From the NCBI GenBank assembly GCA_040876925.1, contig JBBDOS010000009.1, positions 1 to 58,764 on the forward strand: a DNA stretch of 58,764 nt. The letters are read 5' to 3'. The stretch comes from Candidatus Saccharimonadales bacterium. GTDB taxonomy: Bacteria > Patescibacteriota > Saccharimonadia > QS-5-54-17. The notes beneath the pieces were generated by a model that saw only the letters and a list, made by a program, of their open reading frames with translations, searched no databases and was not told the origin of the DNA. Positions 1-9,717 of the stretch are shown one piece after another. A program made the position numbers and the translations under genes. Every line of letters begins with the position of its first letter. Within the stretch, counting starts at the first letter, position 1.

Positions 1-183
1 ATGCCAATAGATAATGAACTCATATTGACTATATTCTAACAGATATTATCGTGATTCTAGTTGATCGTAAGTTATATAAACGTAAGGCTATGATTATTAA
101 TATATTCAACAGGCGTTGACTTATATATAAGTACTTGTGCTAAACTATTTACTAAACCATAAGAGGATTTACAAACAAGAGTT

Positions 184-1236
184 ATGGCAGAAAAACTAGA
201 TAAGCAAAAAAAGCCCAATACTAAGGAGGCCAAAGATAATGGTTCTACTTCTGGATGGAAGCATTTTCGTTTGCAAAAACCTAATGAAGCCACTGATAAA
301 TTAAACTCATTTCCAGTAAAGATAGCTATATTAGCAGTAATTCTTATAGGATTATCAGCTCTAGCTTGGGTAGCAGTTGGTCCATTTGATTCCGATGATG
401 AAGTTACTAGTCCCGAAGCGTTTAGTATAGATAATGAATCTTTTAGTGAAGATGATATAGCTCCTTATGTAGCTGGAGCTAAAGAAGTCGGTATAGATCC
501 AGATATATTAATGCAGGCCATTGAAGAAGGCCTAATCTTTAAGACCGTAGCAGATGAGTATGATATAGAGATATCTGATGAGTTAATTAAAGAAACACTT
601 ACTAAATATGACAACTACGACCCAGATCTAATAGAGAGTAATGCCTGGGTGCGATTAGTAGGTTTTCGCCTAGCTATGGAAGATATGATGGACGAGAATA
701 TATCAGATGATATTAAGGGTTATTCGTTTGTTTTTCATTTCGGTACGTTGTCAGACCCCTTTATACCTGATGCAGAAGAGATGGGGGAGACTTTACCGGA
801 AGAAGTGATTGATAAAATAGGTGATGAAGAGGCTATTGCAGCGGATAGGGCTTATGCTAAGGAGCGAGCAGAATATTACCACGAACAACTTACAGCTGGG
901 TCTATGTCTCCGGAGGAGGCTTTTGATGAAATTAGAAACGACAACAGGCTAAATCCCCACTATTTTGATAATCCAGACTTGAGCTACTCTAGAAAGTTTG
1001 GTTTCAGTGATGATTATTGGAAAGACGAGGTGGCCTTAAATGAAGTAATTAACTTTATAGAGCAGGAATCATCAGCTGATCAATATTCCGATATAGAAGT
1101 CGGTGAATTTACCTATGTAGAATCAGATGATCACTACGACGCCTACTACTACTTTGTCTACCTGGAAGAACCACCAGGAGTCTGGAACTCTATAGCCAGC
1201 AAGCTTAATGAGCTAGGAGTGACAATATTATGGTAA
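184..1236 (+). CDS. Acidic membrane-anchored protein with weak SurA/PrsA N-terminal-like chaperone region
   Basis: One TM segment (~aa 46-66), then a D/E-rich exported domain. Segment LIFKTVADEYDIEISDELIKETL resembles SurA_N helices. Overlaps the next ORF by 7 nt. Confidence 0.45.
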   Translation: MAEKLDKQKKPNTKEAKDNGSTSGWKHFRLQKPNEATDKLNSFPVKIAILAVILIGLSALAWVAVGPFDSDDEVTSPEAFSIDNESFSEDDIAPYVAGAKEVGIDPDILMQAIEEGLIFKTVADEYDIEISDELIKETLTKYDNYDPDLIESNAWVRLVGFRLAMEDMMDENISDDIKGYSFVFHFGTLSDPFIPDAEEMGETLPEEVIDKIGDEEAIAADRAYAKERAEYYHEQLTAGSMSPEEAFDEIRNDNRLNPHYFDNPDLSYSRKFGFSDDYWKDEVALNEVINFIEQESSADQYSDIEVGEFTYVESDDHYDAYYYFVYLEEPPGVWNSIASKLNELGVTILW

Positions 1237-3458
1237 AGATACTTAAAAATCTTGGTTTAATTGCAGCTGCGTTATCTATATCTGCATTAGCAGTTGCTTT
1301 GATAAATACTGACCAAGTCTATGCCGACCATAATGATGCGACCTGTAGATCCTGGGGTGAGATAAATGTTCATGCTACACACAGAGATACTCGTACAGGT
1401 GTAAGCGGTAATGCTGCCGGTGCAACAGCTCGTCTAAGTTCTAGTCATAACGGTACCAGAACTGGTACCACTAACTCTAGTGGTAGAGTCACTTTTGGCA
1501 GACTATCCTGTGGTTGTGTAGCTGGAACTGGTCCGGCTAGCTACAGAGTTAGTATGTCTGGAACACCATCAGGAACAGTAGGCAATGGTAGTTGGAGTCC
1601 TAGCTCTAGAAGCGGGACTCTTAGAAATGGACATCCTGTATCGCTTAGCTTTAGATATGACTGGCAGTCTACTTATTATAGATACAATACCAGTATCGAT
1701 GTATCTGGCACCTCTAATACTCCAAAACCAGGCCAAGAAATAACAGTTAGAGGCACAGTTAGGAATGTTGGTACAGATGATGGTCGTAGTTATAACTACG
1801 GATTTAGGGTTACAAGCGGAGGTCAGTATCTAGAGAACTCAAGTACTTATATTAGTAGGTCTAGTGGCTTAAATGATGGCAGAAGCAGGACTCATACTAG
1901 AACTTATAGAGTGCGAGATAATGCTCCTCATAATGCGCTAATTAGATTTGAGTTCAGAGCTGGAAATTCCAGGCAAGAACAAGTCAAGCCAACTAGGAGA
2001 GTTGAGGATGGGGGATATGACCGTAGTTCAGGCAGTACCAGAGTTTATAACCAGCAATTTGAACTAAGTAATATTACAGTTTCTGGTGATGATGACTACG
2101 TAACACCTGGCCTTAATGGTAGTAGTTTAGATATAAGGGTGCACGTAGTTAATAATGGCGACGTAACTTCAGCACCTGCTTCTATTAATAACTCAGGAGC
2201 TACGGGCAGTACTTCAAACGGAGTAAGAACAACTCTAGATATTTATCGTGATGGAGACAGAGTGAATAGACGTACATTTACTGGTCAGATTTCTTATGGC
2301 AGTGGTGGTAGAACTTTTAGTTATAGACAGAACATACCAAACTCCGCATCTGAAGACACGGTATATTGCTTTATAGCCTATTCTAATCCAACCGCTGGAT
2401 GGAGTGATGGCTCTAGTTATGGTGGTGCACCTTTCAACAACACTCCAGATCCAATTAGAACATCGGATAATGTGAATGACTGTGGCAATGAGAGTAGAGT
2501 TACTACTCAAAGCTACTTCCAGGTATCTAGAAATGATATACATTCTGGCGTAGCTTTTGCTGCTGCTAGTAACCCGTTTACTGGTTGCTCTCCGGTAGAT
2601 CCCACCAGAGGATTTATCAGCGCATCTAGGACAGGAACAGGTTCTAGTGACTATGGATCTTTGGTTGAGTATGCGGCCTACGCCTTAGATGTTGTTAGCC
2701 GTTTTGGTTCAGCAGTAGGAGTGGGCAGTAATGTTTCACCACCTAGCTTCTTTACAGCCTCCCCGGGTAATAATGATTTAACTTTTGCCAATACCCCAAA
2801 TGACGGTTTCCTAGGAGCCGAAGCCTATAGATGTATGTCGGACTTATTTACTATGCTAAATAAAGATCCAGCTAGTGCACCAAACAATACAAACAATATA
2901 TCTCTAGCAGGACTATTTGGTGGTAGTAGTGATGCTCAAGTATATGGTGGAGATAATACTAATGTCAGAATTAGCAATGGCAACCTAGGTAATTCTAATA
3001 ATAGAAGATTAACTTTAATAGTAGACGGTAATGTCACAATATCTAGCAACATTAGATACCAGGGCAGCAGCTCCTCATATAGGTCTAATAATATAGCCAT
3101 TATCGCTAAAGGGGATATATTAGTAGAGAGCGATGTAGAAGAAATTAATGCTATGCTGTATGCGATTCCTAGAAACGAAGGTAATGGTGGCGTGCTAGAT
3201 ACTTGTTCTGATCATGAAAATCTAGGTACTAATGTTTGTGACGAACAGTTAACAATAACTGGTGTAGTGGTGGCTGATAGACTAGATCTTAAACGCACTC
3301 ATGGTGGTATATCAGGTAATAGAGATAGAGAGCCAGCAGAAATATTTAGGTTTAGCCCCGAGATGTTCATACGAGCTCCATACTTCGTATTTGCTTCAGG
3401 TGTACCTACACCCGATCTGCAAGTACAGCAGTTAGTAGATTTGCCACCTTTGTTCTAG
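1230..3458 (+). CDS. Large secreted protein, putative pilus-associated adhesin (two CARDB/Ig-like segments, CPR-type C-terminal beta-rich domain)
   Basis: Signal peptide ending VYA-D; PKPGQEITVRGTVRNVG and LDIRVHVVNNG Ig-like motifs; several Cys; C-terminal IVDGNVTISSNI...IAIIAKGDI...INAMLYA; directly upstream of pilM. Confidence 0.5.
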   Translation: MVKILKNLGLIAAALSISALAVALINTDQVYADHNDATCRSWGEINVHATHRDTRTGVSGNAAGATARLSSSHNGTRTGTTNSSGRVTFGRLSCGCVAGTGPASYRVSMSGTPSGTVGNGSWSPSSRSGTLRNGHPVSLSFRYDWQSTYYRYNTSIDVSGTSNTPKPGQEITVRGTVRNVGTDDGRSYNYGFRVTSGGQYLENSSTYISRSSGLNDGRSRTHTRTYRVRDNAPHNALIRFEFRAGNSRQEQVKPTRRVEDGGYDRSSGSTRVYNQQFELSNITVSGDDDYVTPGLNGSSLDIRVHVVNNGDVTSAPASINNSGATGSTSNGVRTTLDIYRDGDRVNRRTFTGQISYGSGGRTFSYRQNIPNSASEDTVYCFIAYSNPTAGWSDGSSYGGAPFNNTPDPIRTSDNVNDCGNESRVTTQSYFQVSRNDIHSGVAFAAASNPFTGCSPVDPTRGFISASRTGTGSSDYGSLVEYAAYALDVVSRFGSAVGVGSNVSPPSFFTASPGNNDLTFANTPNDGFLGAEAYRCMSDLFTMLNKDPASAPNNTNNISLAGLFGGSSDAQVYGGDNTNVRISNGNLGNSNNRRLTLIVDGNVTISSNIRYQGSSSSYRSNNIAIIAKGDILVESDVEEINAMLYAIPRNEGNGGVLDTCSDHENLGTNVCDEQLTITGVVVADRLDLKRTHGGISGNRDREPAEIFRFSPEMFIRAPYFVFASGVPTPDLQVQQLVDLPPLF

Positions 3459-3552
3459 AAAAAAAGTTTAGACTTAAACAAATTCCTAGTGCATACACTT
3501 ACCTGAGTCTCTTCCCACTACTTAGTGCTTATGCTAAAATTACTAACAAGTT

Positions 3553-4605
3553 ATGGCAAATTTTCTATCAAACAAAATCAAGGACAGCTTCTTCGCCCTG
3601 GACATTGGCTCTACTGCTATTAGAGCTGTACAGCTAAAGGGGGTAGATATGCCAAAGACAATAGTGTCTTATGCTTCTTCACCTATAGATCCTAGACTTG
3701 CTGAGAGTGACTCCAAGCAAGATCAACAAAGTCTTAAAAAATCTATAGAGAAGTTGATTAAGGGTGCTAATATCAGTGAGAAAAATGTGGTAGCTGGTAT
3801 TCCAACAAAAAGAATATTTGCATCAGTAGTAGATTTTCCAAAACTATCTGATGCCGAACTCAAAAAGACAGTAGAGTATCAGTTAGACAGTCATATCCCC
3901 ACATCTATAGACGAAGTTAAGGTAGACTGGATACCATTAGGACCATCTATAGTGGACGAAGAAAAAGTAGAAGTGTTGATAGTTAGCGTCAATAAAGATT
4001 TCGCTGAAGAGCGCATGCATATGATAGACGATTTAGGTTTTAACACTATTGCTTTTGAGCCAGACGCCATTGCTCTAACAAGATCTTTAGTTAGCAGTGA
4101 TTACAGCGGCTCATCTCTGCTCTTAGATATAGGGTATTTGAATACTGATTTAGTAATCACTATTGGTGATAAACCTAGATTAATTAGATCAGTACCGGTT
4201 GGCGGACAATCTTTTATTAAGACTGTTGCCCAGAACTTAAACTTAGACACCACTCAGGCACAGCAATTTGTTTACAAGTTTGGCTTAAGCACTGATAAAG
4301 CTGAAGGGCAAATATATAGAGCTTTAGAAAATGTAGTAGAGAGTCTTATTGGCGAGATAAGTAAGTCTATTAAATTCTTTTCAGATAGATATTCCGGAGC
4401 TACACTAGATCGCATAGTTGTTACTGGTGGAGCTTCGGCTTTACCGGGTTTGCCGCTATATATAGCTAATAGAACTGGCATACAAGTAGAAATAGGCAAC
4501 CCATGGCAAAATATTTCTTATTCACCGAGTCAGTACAATGAACTAATTAATCTATCTAGCCACTACGCTACAGCGCTAGGCCTAGGATTGAGGGCTGAAG
4601 AATAA
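3553..4605 (+). CDS. pilM: Type IV pilus assembly protein PilM (copy 1)
   Basis: Actin-like fold motifs FALDIGSTAIRAVQL, LLLDIGYLNT, IVVTGGAS, IGNPW; followed by pilN/pilO-like genes. Confidence 0.9.
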   Translation: MANFLSNKIKDSFFALDIGSTAIRAVQLKGVDMPKTIVSYASSPIDPRLAESDSKQDQQSLKKSIEKLIKGANISEKNVVAGIPTKRIFASVVDFPKLSDAELKKTVEYQLDSHIPTSIDEVKVDWIPLGPSIVDEEKVEVLIVSVNKDFAEERMHMIDDLGFNTIAFEPDAIALTRSLVSSDYSGSSLLLDIGYLNTDLVITIGDKPRLIRSVPVGGQSFIKTVAQNLNLDTTQAQQFVYKFGLSTDKAEGQIYRALENVVESLIGEISKSIKFFSDRYSGATLDRIVVTGGASALPGLPLYIANRTGIQVEIGNPWQNISYSPSQYNELINLSSHYATALGLGLRAEE

Positions 4606-5330
4606 TGATAACTATCAATTTATTACCGGATATTAAAAAAGACTATATTAACGCTAGAAGACAGCGTAATAAGGTAGTAGGGTGGTCTATTTTTTCTGGA
4701 GGAGTTGCTTTAGGTCTTATAATCATATCGTTAATAATCATTACTGCTCAATGGGTAGTGGTTGATCGTACTAGGACTAATGTCGAAGAATTAAACCAAG
4801 AATTATCAGCCAAAGAAGATGTCGTAGAAGTACTAACTGTCAAGAATCAGTTAGAGGTATTACCGGAATTGCACCTACAAAAATCTAAGATAAATAGGCT
4901 TTTTGAATATCTACAATCACTAACGCCACAGGGTGTTAGGTTAAGTTCTGTAAGCTTAGATATGGACAGGTACATACTGGAAGTAGCTGGTAACGCCAGC
5001 AGTATCCGCGACTTTAATATTTTAGTCGATACCTACAAGGCTACAGTTTATCAATTAGGTCCATCAGTGACATTAAGTAATCAAGATACTGAAGAATCAT
5101 CTGATGAAAGCTCTGATTTAAGCGACCCAGCCAATGCCTTTAGTGATGTTAAATCTGTAATGAGTATTGATGCTGCCACTCAGAGTGCTAATTTCAGAAT
5201 AACTATCGAGTTTGATCCAGCTATATTTGATGCTAGGTATTCAACTGTAGATATATCTACTAGCGGTATAGCAGACTCTGAAGAGCAACCAGATGTTATC
5301 TTTGATGATAGCATGGAGAATGGAGAGTAG
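4605..5330 (+). CDS. pilN: PilN-like pilus alignment protein
   Basis: N-terminal MITINLLP (INLLP motif), TM helix, coiled coil, LQSLTPQGVRLSSV; coupled to pilM by TAATG overlap. Confidence 0.8.
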   Translation: MITINLLPDIKKDYINARRQRNKVVGWSIFSGGVALGLIIISLIIITAQWVVVDRTRTNVEELNQELSAKEDVVEVLTVKNQLEVLPELHLQKSKINRLFEYLQSLTPQGVRLSSVSLDMDRYILEVAGNASSIRDFNILVDTYKATVYQLGPSVTLSNQDTEESSDESSDLSDPANAFSDVKSVMSIDAATQSANFRITIEFDPAIFDARYSTVDISTSGIADSEEQPDVIFDDSMENGE

Positions 5331-5331
5331 T

Positions 5332-5970
5332 ATGAATTTATTTGATATCAACCTCAATAAGGACGCTAAGATAGATAAAATTAAATCCACTATGATAATA
5401 TCCGTAATAGCTTCTGTTATAGTAATATCTTTCTCTTTAGTATTTCTCAAGTTTTTATTTGACCTATGGAGCTATAGTGGTAGAGTCTACTCAGCTCAAA
5501 GAGATGCTAGAGACACTCTTCAGACCAACATAGATGCATATGAACAGTTAAAACCACAGTTTGATGTGTTGAATTCAGCCAGCGGTAACCCCAACAGCCC
5601 AGATGCTGGAATAGTTTTAGATGCCCTACCTAACGTTTATGATTTTCCAGCATTGGCAGCATCCATGAAAAAACTAGCTGATAATAGTGGCGTGCAACTA
5701 GTATCATTTGGTGGAGTTGATGAGGAAGGTACTGTGCCTGTTCCATCACCAGATCCAGCACCTTACGATATTTACTTCAGGGTAGAAGTAGGTGGTTCAT
5801 ATAATGATATACAGGTCTTCATAGACTCTTTAGACCTATCAATTCGTCCGTTTGAGGTAGTTAGTATAGAACTGTTTGGCTCAGACGATACACTGAGAGC
5901 AGATATTAGATTAAAGACATATTATCAACCGACAAAGAATCTTAATTATCCACAAAGGGTGGTTCAATAA
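5332..5970 (+). CDS. pilO: PilO-like pilus alignment protein
   Basis: TM helix, ALPNVYDFPAL, VGGSYNDIQVFIDSLDLSIRPFEV pattern; position after pilN. Start moved to ATG 5332 (GGAG upstream). Confidence 0.75.
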   Translation: MNLFDINLNKDAKIDKIKSTMIISVIASVIVISFSLVFLKFLFDLWSYSGRVYSAQRDARDTLQTNIDAYEQLKPQFDVLNSASGNPNSPDAGIVLDALPNVYDFPALAASMKKLADNSGVQLVSFGGVDEEGTVPVPSPDPAPYDIYFRVEVGGSYNDIQVFIDSLDLSIRPFEVVSIELFGSDDTLRADIRLKTYYQPTKNLNYPQRVVQ

Positions 5971-6224
5971 TGTTAGAGCAAAAAGACATCATAGTAATAT
6001 CACTAGTAGCAGTATTTAGCTTCATAGCTTCTTTCTTCATAGCTTCAGCTTTAATAACTGCACCAGAAGATAGGGCCGAAGAGGTCTTGGAAGTTAGCGA
6101 AGTGTCCTCAACCTTTCCAGAAGTTAATAGAAGAATATTTAATTCCAATGCTATTAACCCTACAGAAGAAATAACAATCGGAGAGGATTCTGTCACTAAT
6201 CCATTTGATAGTACGAGGGACTAG
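5970..6224 (+). CDS. Small membrane protein of the pil operon (PilP-position, ends in NPF motif)
   Basis: N-terminal TM segment, C-terminal VTNPF; coupled to pilO. Confidence 0.55.
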   Translation: MLEQKDIIVISLVAVFSFIASFFIASALITAPEDRAEEVLEVSEVSSTFPEVNRRIFNSNAINPTEEITIGEDSVTNPFDSTRD

Positions 6225-6230
6225 TTTGTT

Positions 6231-7439
6231 ATGCTAACGTTTAAATACACAGCTAGAGATCCTAAAACTCATGAAGAGATCAAAGCTACAGTTCAAGCCC
6301 AATCTCAGCCAGCAGCAGTAAAATTAATTACCGATCAGGGCCTAACACCTACTGATATAGAGGTACAAACTTCTGGGAGTAAGTTTTCTTCTAGTAATAA
6401 AATTAGCTCCAAAGATAAAATAGTTTTTTTCCGGCAGCTATCAACTTTAGTGGGCGCAGGTCTACCACTAACTCAATCTCTAAGAACTGTTATTGATCAG
6501 GTAGATAGCAAAGGTTTAGTTACAGTTTTAATGCAAGTTGTTTCTGATGTTGAGGGGGGTACCCCTTTAGCGGACACTATGGCTAAACATCCTAAAGTAT
6601 TTAATGATGTAGTGGTTAGTTTAATAGCTGCCGGTGAAGCCTCTGGTATGCTTGATGAATCTCTTAAGAGGATTGCTGATCAAACTGAGAAAGATGCTGA
6701 AATGGTATCAAAAGTCAGAGGAGCATTGGTTTATCCAGCTATAGTGCTATTTGTTATCATTGCTGTAATAGTTTTCATGTTGACTACGGTTCTACCTCAA
6801 ATAGAACTGCTCTATCAAGATTTGAATCAGGATTTACCGCTCACAACTGATATCATGCTAAGAATTGCTAGTGCTTTAACTAGTTTCTGGTGGGTACTAT
6901 TAATTCTGCTAGGTGCAGGCGGGTTCTTGCTGAAGAAATACATAGAGACAGATAGCGGCAGAAGGCAGTTTGACTATTTCAAAATGAAAGTTCCTTTATT
7001 CGGCAAGTTGTTTAAAAAACTATATATGGCTAGATTCGCTAGAACAGGAGCTATTTTAATGCAAAGTGGAGTGCAGATGTTGGAGATGCTACGAATTACT
7101 TCAAGGGCGGTCAATAACGTTTTGGTTGCAGATGATATTATCAAAGCTGCTGGTAAAGTTAGAGGGGGTAAGCAATTATCCGAGTCTTTAAGTGATAGCG
7201 ATCACTTCTTATCTTTAGTACCACAAATGATTAGCATAGGTGAAAAGTCAGGTTCGATAGATGGCATGATGTCAAAGGCAGCAGATTTCTACGAGAAAGA
7301 ATTAGATGATGAGATTAAAACTATTTCTACCATTATAGAGCCTTTATTAATGGTAGTACTAGCAGTAGTAGCAGCTATTATGGTTGGAGCCATACTTTTG
7401 CCGGTATATGGATTAGTTGGAGGTAATATATCTATTTAA
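6231..7439 (+). CDS. pilC: Type IV pilus platform protein PilC (T2SSF family)
   Basis: FFRQLSTLVGAGLPL, GEASGMLDESL, GEKSGSIDGMM, IEPLLMV; two T2SSF repeats. Confidence 0.95.
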   Translation: MLTFKYTARDPKTHEEIKATVQAQSQPAAVKLITDQGLTPTDIEVQTSGSKFSSSNKISSKDKIVFFRQLSTLVGAGLPLTQSLRTVIDQVDSKGLVTVLMQVVSDVEGGTPLADTMAKHPKVFNDVVVSLIAAGEASGMLDESLKRIADQTEKDAEMVSKVRGALVYPAIVLFVIIAVIVFMLTTVLPQIELLYQDLNQDLPLTTDIMLRIASALTSFWWVLLILLGAGGFLLKKYIETDSGRRQFDYFKMKVPLFGKLFKKLYMARFARTGAILMQSGVQMLEMLRITSRAVNNVLVADDIIKAAGKVRGGKQLSESLSDSDHFLSLVPQMISIGEKSGSIDGMMSKAADFYEKELDDEIKTISTIIEPLLMVVLAVVAAIMVGAILLPVYGLVGGNISI

Positions 7440-7580
7440 ATAAACGTTTGGTTGCAAAAAGGGAAGTAAAGTAGAAATTTAAATAATTTAAGTTGTCTAG
7501 ACAGTACTTGTGAAGTAAAATATTAAGCATAACCTTGATTAAAGATTTCAAAACATATAATATCAAGAGAAGGTAAATAT

Positions 7581-8096
7581 ATGATAAATACAAATTCGCT
7601 AAATAAGAAGTTAAATTCTCGTAAGCTAACCAAAGACTCCAAAGAAGGCTTTACAATTATTGAAGTGGTCTTAGTGCTGGCTATAGCAGGTCTTATATTC
7701 TTGATAGTATTTCTAGCTCTACCACAACTTCAGAGTACTCAAAGAGATTCGCAAAGGCGATCGGATATAGGAAGATTTATATCTGCTCTTGAAACATATG
7801 CATCTAATAATAATGGGAGATATCCGCAAGCTAATGACCAGGCCCTAAGTGCTTTTGAATCAGGGTATCTGACTAATCAAGGCACTCAATTCAACGACCC
7901 CCTAGAAGACAGTTACAACTATAGTTTTCAAGATCCTAGTGGAGTAGGGTTAACTAGCGGAACCATTTACTATCAGGAAGGCGCTTTTTGCGGAGATCAG
8001 GAAGGTACTTTTGAATCAGGAGGTGCTGGTTCTAGAAATATAGCTGCTATGGTGCCACTTGAGAATGGTATAGCCTACTGTGTAGATAACCGATAG
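7581..8096 (+). CDS. Type IV pilin, probable major pilin
   Basis: Class III signal EG|FTIIEVVLVLAIAGLIF with Glu5; C-terminal Cys pair; own promoter and GAAGG SD. Confidence 0.9.
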   Translation: MINTNSLNKKLNSRKLTKDSKEGFTIIEVVLVLAIAGLIFLIVFLALPQLQSTQRDSQRRSDIGRFISALETYASNNNGRYPQANDQALSAFESGYLTNQGTQFNDPLEDSYNYSFQDPSGVGLTSGTIYYQEGAFCGDQEGTFESGGAGSRNIAAMVPLENGIAYCVDNR

Positions 8097-8183
8097 AGAT
8101 TGTCTAGACTATAATATTTTACTCAAGGAATCTATACTTATCCATCTAACTCAAAAGTTCTCATGCTATAATTTAGGCTAGAT

Positions 8184-8987
8184 ATGAATAGGCACTATTA
8201 TAGATATAAAAAAGGCAACGATTTAGGCTTTACAATTCTGGAGTTAATTCTATTTGTAGCCATATCTAGTTTAATGCTAACTATAGCTTTTACTTCTATA
8301 GCTGGCAGGACGCAGCAAGCTCAGTTTAATGATTCTGCTAGAACTCTAGAGTCGCAATTAAGAAGACATGTTAGTAATGTTAGCACCGGCCTAAACCTAA
8401 GAGGTAGTGTTGACTGTTCTCCTTCTGGCGGTGTCCTGACTTTTCCAGATAATGATAATGCTGTTAGTCCAGGGCAGAATCTTTCCTGCGTAGCTAACGG
8501 TATTTATATGTCCTTTGATTTAGATAGACCAGAAAGTTATGTTATACAATCTGCTGCTACAACTATAGATTATGATTCAGAAGCGACTTCTTTAGAGAAC
8601 TTGGTAGAAAAACTTACATCCATGGATGTTGGCCTAGTGCCTGCTACTAGGCAAGAGATTGACATTAGTTGGGGTACAGAATATATTGGCGGCTTTGTAG
8701 ATGTTAATGGTTCATTAACAGAGGTTGCTGATATAGCGTTCTTACGGCTCAGAGCAGTAGATTCTAGTAGCGAATATATGTTTGCTTATTATAAGGAGCC
8801 TAACGATACAGATATAGCTGATTTAGAGGGTGATATGGCTAGATTTAGAGACGAGAATATTACTCCTATACCCTCTGACACAGAATACGGTATGTGTTTT
8901 GAAAGTACAGCTAATGACCTAGTAGCTATTGTTATCGGAGCTGACTCACAATTTAGTGCTATCTTTAATGATTTGAGGTGTCAATAA
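8184..8987 (+). CDS. Minor type IV pilin
   Basis: LG|FTILELILFVAIS prepilin motif with Glu5. Confidence 0.85.
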   Translation: MNRHYYRYKKGNDLGFTILELILFVAISSLMLTIAFTSIAGRTQQAQFNDSARTLESQLRRHVSNVSTGLNLRGSVDCSPSGGVLTFPDNDNAVSPGQNLSCVANGIYMSFDLDRPESYVIQSAATTIDYDSEATSLENLVEKLTSMDVGLVPATRQEIDISWGTEYIGGFVDVNGSLTEVADIAFLRLRAVDSSSEYMFAYYKEPNDTDIADLEGDMARFRDENITPIPSDTEYGMCFESTANDLVAIVIGADSQFSAIFNDLRCQ

Positions 8988-9023
8988 CTACTAATAGTGG
9001 TTATGCTATACTTTTAGGAGTAT

Positions 9024-9659
9024 ATGAGAGCAGTAGATTTTAGTTGCAAAAACAAACAGGGATTTACTCTTGTAGAGCTTCTAATTGCCATTAGTATGTT
9101 TACTGTAGTGTTGTTATTAGTGGTGGCTACCTTTACGCAAATCAATCGTTCTTATACTAAGGGTATTACAACTAAGACTGTACACGAAGAAGGTAGAAGT
9201 GCTTTGTCAGCTTTAGCTCAGGATTTTAGAACTACGACCTCATCTAATAAAGTCAGTATAGACTGCGGCAATCAATCTTGTAATTCTGAAAATGCTCCAA
9301 CTGAAGTATTTTGCTACGACGACAAAGCCTATGTATTTCAAGCCCCACAAACTGGCTCTAATCCATCTCCAGGCTCATTAATTAAGGTCGAAGGGACCAC
9401 ATGCAGTGAAGTAGATCTAGATAGGGGAGTGAGCGTACTGGGCAGCAATCTGCAACCTCAATTCTTTAAGGTAATAGAACTAGTACCCAATAAAACTTAT
9501 AAGCTGGAATTAGCGCTGTCTACTTCTGACTATCAAGCAAGTTTCGACCTTCTAGAGGGTATAGGTACTAGAGATGTTTTCTGTGATCCTGCTGCTCAAG
9601 GAAATCAATATTGTGAAGTAGTTTATCTAACCAGTACAGTTACACTGCGTGGTAATTAA
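9024..9659 (+). CDS. Minor type IV pilin (PilW-like)
   Basis: QG|FTLVELLIAISMF prepilin motif; six Cys in the globular domain. Confidence 0.85.
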   Translation: MRAVDFSCKNKQGFTLVELLIAISMFTVVLLLVVATFTQINRSYTKGITTKTVHEEGRSALSALAQDFRTTTSSNKVSIDCGNQSCNSENAPTEVFCYDDKAYVFQAPQTGSNPSPGSLIKVEGTTCSEVDLDRGVSVLGSNLQPQFFKVIELVPNKTYKLELALSTSDYQASFDLLEGIGTRDVFCDPAAQGNQYCEVVYLTSTVTLRGN

Positions 9660-9717
9660 ATTTACACCTTAAAACAGTATGTGGAATATAGTCTATTACT
9701 GTGATATTATTTATGTT

